This document shows, one piece after another, positions 7,686 through 16,400 of a DNA stretch of 30,794 nt. The stretch comes from a virus. Its lineage: Duplodnaviria > Caudoviricetes. The DNA lies in the IMG/VR virus record IMGVR_UViG_3300030392_001359, positions 1-30,794 of that record; one strand, written 5' to 3'. The first letter of the stretch is position 1; each line of letters opens with the position of its first letter. The notes below the pieces were generated by a model that searched no databases, was not told where the DNA came from, and saw only the letters and a program-made list of their open reading frames with translations. The translations under genes were made by a program, and so were the position numbers.

Positions 7686-8237
7686 ATGAGCATTGATCCA
7701 ACCACTCTCCAAGCTCCAGACCCGGAGCAATGGGACGCCTATGACCGTCCTGCCCTCCCGCCGCCGCCGTCGCAGCGGTATCTGTTCAAGGCTCCAGATA
7801 CGTTCACCTACGAAGACCACGAAGGGATGTTGCGTGTCGTGGTGGACCCCCTGGAGATTATCGACGCCCCCGAAGGGACGGATGGGCGCATTCGGTTTGA
7901 ACGCTGTAGCTCCAAGCCGCGCACCATGGGGAGACTGGCCGGGAGTTCACGGTTGACCGACTACCTCCGTGCCTGTGGGATTGAACCGGTGCGGTCCCAG
8001 AGTGTGCAGGATTGGGTATCGGCCATCGAGCAAACCGCCGGGGCGCATTTCGAGGCGATGCTCGACTGGGATTGCTACGACAGCGAGACCAAAGAATCCC
8101 TGGTCAACACCTATCGGGACTTCCCCGATGACCCGGAAAACCCCGGGGTGAAGCTCCCGTATGGCATTGAACCCACCAGTGGGCGCAAGGTGCCAGCCCG
8201 GGCGCGGATTCGCTACTACGTCACCCCACGCAAGTAA
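7686..8237 (+). CDS. Hypothetical protein, possibly SSB / DUF669-like
   Basis: GAGGAG RBS; beta-rich sequence; position between the Sak4-like gene and the polymerase. The function is inferred from context only. Confidence 0.45.
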   Translation: MSIDPTTLQAPDPEQWDAYDRPALPPPPSQRYLFKAPDTFTYEDHEGMLRVVVDPLEIIDAPEGTDGRIRFERCSSKPRTMGRLAGSSRLTDYLRACGIEPVRSQSVQDWVSAIEQTAGAHFEAMLDWDCYDSETKESLVNTYRDFPDDPENPGVKLPYGIEPTSGRKVPARARIRYYVTPRK

Positions 8238-10933
8238 TGTTGCAACGACCCACCCAGTGTCGGCGGTGTCCCCTGGATGCCCTCGCCACTGGGTTCATGG
8301 CTCCCGACGGGCAGGGCAGCAGCGGGGTGCTGCTGGTGGGCGAAGCTCTCGGGGAACGTGAAGCGGAACTAGGACGACCCTTTGTGGGGCCAGCCGGGAA
8401 GGTGCTGGGTGATTGCCTCACCCGTGCTGGCCTCCATCGGGACGACTTCTGGATTGCCAACGCCATCTGGTGTCGACCTCCGAACAACGCCATAAACGGG
8501 CCTTATACCACCGACGCGCTCAAGCACTGCTGGACGCAGTATCTCGACCCGACCATTCAACGATTCCAACCCAAGGTAATTATGCCGTTGGGTAATACCG
8601 CACTCCACCAATTTACGTGGGGGGACGGAGACGTGTTAGCGATGCGGGGGTTCCCCCAGCCCTGGCGTCAGGCCACGCTCCTCCCCTCCGTCCACCCGAG
8701 CTATATCCTACGCGGCAACGCCAACTACGAGGCCGTGTTGATTCACGACCTCCAACGTGCCGTGGCGCTGGCACAGTCGGGGTGGCACCCCGCACAGACC
8801 GCCTACGTCCTCGACCCGTCACCCGAGGTGGCCCTGGCATGGCTCGATCGCTTCCTGCCCACGGGCCGTCCCTTGAGCTTCGACATCGAGACCGCCGACA
8901 AGCGGCGTGAGGAAGACGAGTTGGACTTGCGGAGCAGTGCGCCCATTACGCGGATTAGCTTTGCCCTCAATGCCCATGCGGCCCTGAGCATCCCGGCCAG
9001 CACGCCCTACCATCATGTCATCCGTCATGCTCTCGGCGCACCCAACCCCAAGATTGCCTGGAACATGAACTTCGACGTCCCCCGACTCGAAGCCAAGGGG
9101 TTCAAGGTGGCGGGGGTGGTCTACGACGGCATGATTGCGTGGCATGTCCTCCACTCCGACCTCCCCAAGAGTCTGGGATTCGTGGCGAGTATGCTCCTGC
9201 CGGACCAGCCGCGTTGGAAGCACCTTAACCGCCAATCCCCGGCGTTCTACAACGCCGCCGACAGCGATGTGGCCCTGCGTATTACCGAACGGGTTTGGGC
9301 ACTCCTTAAAGGGGTGGGGATGTGGCAGGTGTATCAGGAGCAGATTGTCGACGTCGAGCCAGTCTACCAACACATGCACACGATGGGGATGCGCGTCGAT
9401 GCCGACGTCCGACGCACCCATGCCGAGACGCTGCACACCAAGCTCACGACGTTGACGGCAGAGATTCAGGACTTGGTCCCGACGATGCTCAAGCCTGCCA
9501 AGCACTACAAACAATTCAAGAAGGCCAAGGCCAAGTTCCCGGAGGGGCACCCCATCGATGTCACGGCCACGGTCAAACGCTGCCCTCAGTGCGGCAAGCA
9601 AGGCAAGCTCACCGCCAAGCATCCCTGTCCGGTGGCACTGGAGGATGTCCACATTGCCACCCAGGAATGGGCCGTGACACTCCCGTTTGTCGTGAGTTGG
9701 CAGGGGATTCAAGCCTATCAGGACTTCTTCACCCACAAACCCGTCACGCGGCAAGGCAAGCGCACGACCGATGAAACCGCCATACGCAGCACGATGCTCA
9801 AGTACCCTGACGACCCCTTCTACCCCTTGGTCCTCGCACTCCGTGAGGTGCAGAAGTTGGCGGGGACGTATATCGGCAAGATGGCAGATGGGCAGGTGGT
9901 GGGTGGTCTCCCGGTTCACGCCGACGGACGCTGCCACCCCACCATCACCAACAACCCGGACACGCTCCGCACCTCGATGATCAACCCCAACCTCCAGCAA
10001 ATCCCACATGGCGGGGGGTTGCAGGGTCTGGTCAAGGAGATGTTCATCGCCCCACGGGGGTCGGTGTTGTGGGAGATTGACTATTCCGGGATTGAAGCCT
10101 TACTCGTCGGGTATTTTGCGCGGAGTCCCCAGTTGATTCGGCTGGCGCGGATGGGGGTGCATGACTACGTGAACGCCTATGCCCTGCATAGCCTGGACAA
10201 GAAAATTCCGGCCAGTGACCTCCCACAACTCAGTTGGGACGACGCCACACTCCAGGCCAGCTTGTCGTCGTTCAAAAAACGTTTCCCCAAAGAACGGTTT
10301 GTGCGGAAGCGGCTGGTGCATGGGCATCATTACCTGATGGGGCCCTTTAAGGCCCAGGAAGTCTTACTCAAGGAACTGGGGCGGGTCGTGCCGATCAAGC
10401 ACATCAAAGCCTTCTTCCGATTCTACGATGAACTCTTCCCGGAAGTGGGGACATGGCAACGCGGGTTGTGCTTGAAGGTGGACGGCACTGACATGGGGAT
10501 GGACCCGGACCCGGGTCTGGGGATTGAGGCCGGGGCGGGATGGGTGCGGAATCCGTCCGGGATGATGCACCGCTATTTCCAGGTCTTACGCTGGCAGCGT
10601 ATTGCAGATGGGAGTTGGACCTGGACGCATGGCACTGCCGCCAAGTCACTGATTGCGTTCAACCCCCAACACAGTGCCGCCGCGATCGGGCGTCGAGCGA
10701 TTCGTGCCATTGCCCGGGAAGATGCGGTGGCCAAGCAGTCGCTGCGGTTGTTTATTCACGACTCGTTAGTGGGCGAATGCGCGGCGGGCCAAGCCGAGGC
10801 TATTATGGACCGCGTGCGGACGATCATGACACGCCCCGTCCCGTGGTTGCCGCTGCCACCCGAGTGGCAGATGGGTACTCATCTCGCAGTCGGGGTTGAC
10901 GCCAAAGTCGGACGCTGCTGGAGTGACATGTAA
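8237..10933 (+). CDS. polA: Family A DNA polymerase with N-terminal family-4 uracil-DNA glycosylase domain and 3'-5' exonuclease (SPO1-like architecture)
   Basis: UDG: CRRC, VGEALG..E...GRPFVGPAG, WCRPPNN, HPSYILR. Exonuclease: FDIET, WNMNFD, YNAAD. Polymerase: PNLQQIP, motif A DYSGIE, motif B RFVRKRLVHGHHY, motif C IHDSL. Confidence 0.93.
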   Translation: MLQRPTQCRRCPLDALATGFMAPDGQGSSGVLLVGEALGEREAELGRPFVGPAGKVLGDCLTRAGLHRDDFWIANAIWCRPPNNAINGPYTTDALKHCWTQYLDPTIQRFQPKVIMPLGNTALHQFTWGDGDVLAMRGFPQPWRQATLLPSVHPSYILRGNANYEAVLIHDLQRAVALAQSGWHPAQTAYVLDPSPEVALAWLDRFLPTGRPLSFDIETADKRREEDELDLRSSAPITRISFALNAHAALSIPASTPYHHVIRHALGAPNPKIAWNMNFDVPRLEAKGFKVAGVVYDGMIAWHVLHSDLPKSLGFVASMLLPDQPRWKHLNRQSPAFYNAADSDVALRITERVWALLKGVGMWQVYQEQIVDVEPVYQHMHTMGMRVDADVRRTHAETLHTKLTTLTAEIQDLVPTMLKPAKHYKQFKKAKAKFPEGHPIDVTATVKRCPQCGKQGKLTAKHPCPVALEDVHIATQEWAVTLPFVVSWQGIQAYQDFFTHKPVTRQGKRTTDETAIRSTMLKYPDDPFYPLVLALREVQKLAGTYIGKMADGQVVGGLPVHADGRCHPTITNNPDTLRTSMINPNLQQIPHGGGLQGLVKEMFIAPRGSVLWEIDYSGIEALLVGYFARSPQLIRLARMGVHDYVNAYALHSLDKKIPASDLPQLSWDDATLQASLSSFKKRFPKERFVRKRLVHGHHYLMGPFKAQEVLLKELGRVVPIKHIKAFFRFYDELFPEVGTWQRGLCLKVDGTDMGMDPDPGLGIEAGAGWVRNPSGMMHRYFQVLRWQRIADGSWTWTHGTAAKSLIAFNPQHSAAAIGRRAIRAIAREDAVAKQSLRLFIHDSLVGECAAGQAEAIMDRVRTIMTRPVPWLPLPPEWQMGTHLAVGVDAKVGRCWSDM

Positions 10934-11133
10934 TGCCAAGCACATGTGATGTTTGTGACGGCGCTGGCGCAGTACCACACGCACCCTGTCCCGCGTGCCA
11001 GGGCACCGGGAGGATAGAGGAGGAGAAGGATGACCGAGGGAGACGCGACGAGACAACGACGAACGGTAGTGGGGTTGCTGGAGGATCTGGAGGCCAAGAT
11101 TCAGCAAAAGAAGGTGCAGGTCGCGGGGGCTGA
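10933..11133 (+). CDS. Small DnaJ-type CxxCxGxG zinc-finger protein
   Basis: TAATG overlap with the polA stop; CDVCDGAG and CPACQGTG. Its tail overlaps the next ORF by about 100 nt. Confidence 0.55.
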   Translation: MPSTCDVCDGAGAVPHAPCPACQGTGRIEEEKDDRGRRDETTTNGSGVAGGSGGQDSAKEGAGRGG

Positions 11134-11266
11134 ATCGGAAACGCGCCGCCTCCTGGCTGAATTGCAGGTCATGGAGGCTATGTATGGGGAATGGCAAGAG
11201 ATTCCCAAAAACGACCCCGGCGAGCATACGCGGAATCGGGAAGTTTTACCGAAAAGAGGGAAATAG
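11030..11266 (+). CDS. Small coiled-coil protein
   Basis: GAGGAG RBS; heptad pattern LLEDLEAKIQQKK...LLAEL. Confidence 0.6.
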   Translation: MTEGDATRQRRTVVGLLEDLEAKIQQKKVQVAGAESETRRLLAELQVMEAMYGEWQEIPKNDPGEHTRNREVLPKRGK

Positions 11267-11323
11267 GGTCAACCTGTAGTCCCCCCTTCCCCATAAATCA
11301 CTTTGGAAGATCGGAATATTGCT

Positions 11324-11608
11324 ATGACCTTTGAAAAATTTGTGTCGACCATGCACGAGTTCTGTGGGGGGACTGCCGCCGCGAAAGGGTATAACACAAC
11401 AGGGGTAGACGGCCACAACGCCGTCTACCGCTTCGTGCAAGAGGAAGTCGGCATGGGCACCCATGCCCACGGGTTGGGGGAGATTATCTACAAAGTGCTG
11501 CGTTATCAGCGCCGACGCAACCCCGAAGACCTCGTCAAGATTGCAGCGTGGGCGTTCTTAGTGTGGAAGCATCATCTGGAGGAGGGGGAGGCATCGAGGG
11601 AGGGATAA
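11324..11608 (+). CDS. Small all-alpha protein, weak resemblance to DUF3310/DUF1599 (MazG-like) nucleotide-associated families
   Basis: KGY...LGEIIYKVLRY...EDLVKIAAW pattern; last gene of the replication block. Confidence 0.45.
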   Translation: MTFEKFVSTMHEFCGGTAAAKGYNTTGVDGHNAVYRFVQEEVGMGTHAHGLGEIIYKVLRYQRRRNPEDLVKIAAWAFLVWKHHLEEGEASREG

Positions 11609-11655
11609 CCCCGACGCCCCCCGAGCGGAGGTGAAGTATGAGCCTCGTCAGTATA

Positions 11656-13467
11656 TCATGGGCGAGGGAGCTGTCCTCCCCCACTCAATGCCAATGCCAA
11701 CGACCCGGCCTGGGTCGCCCGGCCCTGCACCTGATTAATATAATTGTTCAGGTATGACGCCATGATGGCCCGCTGCTGTGGCGGCAGACTCATCAACCAG
11801 GGAGCCATCTGGGACAGAATCTGAGCCGTGCGTTCACGGGCCTGTCCTCGATGCCGTTGCACCTGCCCCACTGTCTGCGCGGGCATCTCAATCTTCCCAC
11901 CCAACCCCGGCATCTCCACGCGAGGAGAGGGTGCCCCGGGCCGGATGCCCAGGTCATACAGCATCCGCATCTGTGGGTCTTGCAGATCCTGTGCTGGTGG
12001 GAGGGCAGAGGTGCGGGAGGGGAAGAGGGTGCGCGAGAACCCACGGAGCAACTCGGAGTCCTCTGCACCTGGGATGACTTCGGGACGGTCATAGCGTGGC
12101 CGCCCCAGCACATCTACGGGCGCATACTCCACGGGCAACGCTTCCCGTGCCCAGGGGAGACGCCCGGTTAACTGACCCGCACCGGGGATGGACATCCAGG
12201 GTGGCGCTTCCCCTCGCGCGGCGAGTCCAGTCAACGCCCCACGTCCCTGCGTCCGTCCATATGCGGGGTCGACTGCCTCGGCCACGTCTGACACGGCAGA
12301 GGGAATGAGGCGGCGCGGAATCTCTTCAGCGGGGCGGCGGAGTATTCCCATGGGATGGAAGCCCATCGGGTTGAACTCCATGGCCGTCTCTCCGATCGCT
12401 GAAGGGAGAGCAGCTACCTTACTGGGGTCGCGCTGCAACTGACGCTTGAACTCACGGCCCAGAGTATAGGGGAGGAACGCGGGTCCAGCGGCGGTGCCCA
12501 CCGTCAAGCCTGCACGCGGGTCGAAGACATCTTCTGTCTGCGTCCCAACAGCCGCTGCCCCGACCCCCGTCATCTGCCGTGCCTGGCTGAGTCGTGCTTG
12601 GGGGGTGCCCGAAAACAGGTTGCGGATGCCAGGTCCCCCCAACGATTCCATCGCGCCCACCCCGGGGACACGTTTGAGTCCCTGCTCCATCCCGACCACC
12701 CCGACACGGGCGAAGGGCATCATGGTCGCAGCGACGACACGCTTGGCTACATTGTCACTCCGCAGCCAGTCCGACTGGGTGCCGACAATGCTCTGTCCAA
12801 GCTGTGTCTCGGGGGTGCCGGTCAGGGTCATCCGCATGGCCTCATCCGCAGACATTCCCCCTTCCTTCAAGGCATACACCCCTGCATTGTCCCCCGCCGT
12901 GAAGAGCTTGCCGAGCCCCACGTCGCGGAAGATTTCATCAGGCACATCCAGGCGACCTTCGGCTCCGGGTCCCAGAATACTGTGTCGAAGCTGACGCACC
13001 TGTTCGGGAGACCCACGCAGGGAATCCACCCAGACTTTCCCGGCCCCTTTCACTGCCCCCAATGTCTTGGTCGCTGCGGTCATATCCCCCGACAGTAATT
13101 GTTCCAGGCCGTTCACGAAGACTGCGCCCACCGCACCCAGATTAGCCCGCATGATAGTGTCGGGAGAGGAGAGGTAGGAATAGTAGAGCCCATTCACCAA
13201 CGCATCGGACCCACTCTGCGCCATCATGAGGGTGCGGGCCATCCCTGGGAGTGCCGCGCCCCCCAAGGCTGCGCCCCCAGCCGTGTTCAGGAGTCGTTGG
13301 CCCTGGGTCGTGTCCTCATCCCCGACCATCGCACCACCCACGCCCCCCAACGCGGCACCTCCCAGCCGCATGGGCTTCATGATCTCGTTGATTTGCGTGG
13401 CAGCTTGCATCGGATCGTCAGAAAGTTGACGACCCAGTGCGCCGAGGAGTGGCCGGAAGATAGACAT
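11656..13467 (-). CDS. Putative internal virion / ejection protein (603 aa)
   Basis: Gly/Ala-rich GGAALGGVGGA segments typical of membrane-inserting ejection proteins; last gene of the structural operon. Confidence 0.6.
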   Translation of the reverse strand: MSIFRPLLGALGRQLSDDPMQAATQINEIMKPMRLGGAALGGVGGAMVGDEDTTQGQRLLNTAGGAALGGAALPGMARTLMMAQSGSDALVNGLYYSYLSSPDTIMRANLGAVGAVFVNGLEQLLSGDMTAATKTLGAVKGAGKVWVDSLRGSPEQVRQLRHSILGPGAEGRLDVPDEIFRDVGLGKLFTAGDNAGVYALKEGGMSADEAMRMTLTGTPETQLGQSIVGTQSDWLRSDNVAKRVVAATMMPFARVGVVGMEQGLKRVPGVGAMESLGGPGIRNLFSGTPQARLSQARQMTGVGAAAVGTQTEDVFDPRAGLTVGTAAGPAFLPYTLGREFKRQLQRDPSKVAALPSAIGETAMEFNPMGFHPMGILRRPAEEIPRRLIPSAVSDVAEAVDPAYGRTQGRGALTGLAARGEAPPWMSIPGAGQLTGRLPWAREALPVEYAPVDVLGRPRYDRPEVIPGAEDSELLRGFSRTLFPSRTSALPPAQDLQDPQMRMLYDLGIRPGAPSPRVEMPGLGGKIEMPAQTVGQVQRHRGQARERTAQILSQMAPWLMSLPPQQRAIMASYLNNYINQVQGRATQAGSLALALSGGGQLPRP

Positions 13468-13468
13468 C

Positions 13469-16400
13469 CTAAACCCCCAATTCAGCCGCAGCCATTTCAG
13501 GTAAGACTATGAACGGTAAAATCGCGCCGAGGGCTTTGGCTACCGCCCCAGCAAAATCTTTCCCCTCTGCATACTTGGCTCCCACGCGGGCAGGGCCCAC
13601 CCCCGCATGCAGCCGGTAAGTATTGGTCAGTTTGAAGAAGTCCCAGAAGGCCGGGCTTCGGAAGTCCGCCCGTCCCGTGACGATATCGTTGGCATCACGC
13701 ATGACCGTCTGGGCCTCGGGTGCTACCCCAGCTCGCCCTGGGTATTGCCCTTTGACGGTACGCATGAAATCTTCCAGGTCATGGAGGGCCAGCGATCGGA
13801 GCTCAGCATAGATGCCGTGCAATCCCTGGCGCACTTGATGCGTGGGAATTTCCTCCTCTATTCCCCTGTATGTGTGTCGCGGGATGTTTGTCTTGATGAC
13901 GGTGCGGTCCGACCCGGAGAACACCGCTTCCATCCCGGACTCTTGTGCGGCAGGGCTGCGGATGAGGTCTCCGAACCGCTTGAGGAGGGTGGTCTCGACA
14001 GCCTTCACGGAGTCAGCGAGTATGAATTTGGACAGCACCAGACTACGGATATACTCCCCTTCTTCTCCCCAGAACCGTTGCACATCATCGACGTCCAGGA
14101 ACTGACGCTCGACGGCCTCGGCAAACGCCGCGTTGATGCGCTCGACGGGCTCCTCCAGCACCTTGGGGTCCAGGCCGTGGACGAGGTTCGTCAGCTCATC
14201 AAAATACGCACGCGCCTCGACTTCATCGCCCCACTGGAATTGCTCGATGGAAGGCTTCCCTACGCCTGGTTTGGTGAGGGGAAAGGGGCGCGTCAGGAAC
14301 TCAGCCAGCCCTTGGGCCCGAATTTCGACGCCGTCGATGACCATCTGACCCCCCGTGACCATCTGACCCCCCATTGAGCCAGTAGAAGTCGTGTAGCCAG
14401 CCTCGGTCATCGCTCGATGCACCCGCTCCAGTATTGTTGGGTCTTCAGCGACGTTTCCTCCTCGCTCCTGGACCTCCTCCACCGCCGCACGGAACTGCCT
14501 GAACGAGTCATCTATCTGCTCCCCAGACATATTGGGTCGGATGTGGGCGCTTTTCTCGTTAGCCAAGGTCCTGACAAAACGATCGAAAACACGCTCGCCA
14601 CGGAACTGCTCCTGCGCTCCGGGTTCGACAGCCGCGATTTTAAGTCTCCTCCCCATGCGTGTGAGGGGCACATTCAACTCCCGCCCTAACAGTTCCTGGA
14701 ACTGTGGCGTGAGCGCACCTGTGATGTCGGGGACTGTCTCCGGGGTCATGACGGCAGGGGGTGTCCCCAGTTGCCGCCCCGTCGGTCCCACTCCGGGACC
14801 CATTGCAGACAGCTTCCCTAAGAGGGGGTAGTTAACGATGTCCTGCTGCCCTACACGCTGACTGATGGCAGGTCGAGTGCGCCCTGCGTCCTGCATGACG
14901 GCACCTATTTCACCAACGACCTCTTCGATGTCTGCCCTGTAGGCTTCCTGTATCCCCGGGTCTCCCTGTCGTGCCGCCTGCTGGAGCCACGCATTGCCCG
15001 GACGGACGACGTGGGCGTACAACGTATCCCCCAGCGCCTCCCGTTCAGCCTTTGAGATCGGCCCGGCATTGGCATCAATCTGGAACGCTCGCCGCCCTGC
15101 CGCCGTCGGTGTCGACTTGTCGAGATACCACCCCCGAGCCATAGCACCCTGATCACTGTGCCCCAGGATGAGGGCTGCTGTCTTTGCATCCCCTGCCATC
15201 TGGGCTGCGTGTTGGCGTAGCCGTCGGGGTCCATACTGCCCCTCCACTTGACCTTGAATTCTCTTCGTCTCATCCGCCGGCAATTCTTTAAGTCCTAGCT
15301 GTTCCAGCCGTTGCTGCTTGAACGCCCGTGTAATGACCCCGTTTGGCCCAGCTATCATCTTTCCAATAGTCGCGGGTGCCTTTTTGTGCCCTGTAGTCGT
15401 CGCGGGGAACAGCGGCTGCTTGTTCATGCGTGACCGTAGTCCCCAGAGAGTACGAAGGCGGCGGTGATGCTTCTGCAATCTGTAGCGATTACTCAGCATC
15501 AACCCCAAGGAGGCTCCTACATCATCACTGATGGGAATCGAGAGTTTTAGCCTCGCCTTCGTCTTCCCTTTCAGGCGACTCCACACCCGCACGACCCCGT
15601 TGAGGATATCTACATCCTCGACCAGCATATTGGACAGTTGTGCAGGTTGCAGTCCGGTCTGTCGCATGAGATTGAACACCGCTAACCGCTGCACTCCCTC
15701 GGCGTCTCGCGGACCCAGCGCACTACGTAAGATGTCTGGAGCCCCCTTCCGTGTTTGTTGGAAGGCTTGTTCTGCCTTACTGGGTCGCGCTCGTCCCGGT
15801 CCAGCATCATAGAATGCCTGCTTGTAGAAAAGCTGCATGTCTTCTGGGGCGATGACATTAGATTGCAGGTGCCTCATCTGGTCCGCTTCATTCGCCCCAG
15901 CAAGTTTTATGTCCGCACCATCCGCTATCTTCATCAATTCTTGGAGGGTGAACCGTTCTCGCTGAAGTGCTGCTTCCGGGGGAAGGTTTTTGCGACTGTA
16001 TCGCGCTAGCGCGTCACCGATCTTTTCGTATTGTGCAGTGAGAATATCATCGATCTTCACGTCGTCTGCCAACAGGCGGAGGACGCCCGTCACTCCCCAG
16101 GCCGGGCCCGAGGTCGAGGCTGTCCCCAGCTCGAACACATCTCCCAGCTCATGGAGCGCCTGCTGAATATTGCTGGTGCCCATTTTGTCACTCAGCTCGT
16201 GGTAGGCTGCTTGTTCTTGCTGGATTAGCTGCTTACTTGATGTCCCGAGTCCTTCAACTTTTCGGGCATAAGCCTTCTGCTTCGCAATCTTGGAACGTGT
16301 AACTTCCCGCGCCATCCAGCGTTTGGCTACCGCATCGTCAAAGTTCTCAATCATGCCATGCAAATCACGCTTGAGGATGGCGAGAATCTGGTCCTCATGC

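Noticed and set aside
8819-10009. 396-aa antisense ORF and other long shadow ORFs (e.g. 7009-7701, 13607-14377, 28449-29207, 21962-22564)
   Set aside because: They lie opposite well-supported genes, have no motifs, and are expected in GC-rich DNA.
11609-11655. Bidirectional terminator between the convergent arms
   Set aside because: No convincing stem-loop with a U-tract was found.
15100-15870. Stand-alone integrase gene or inserted mobile element
   Set aside because: The domain is in frame within an uninterrupted 1820-aa ORF, with no evident separate stop, att sites or flanking repeats.
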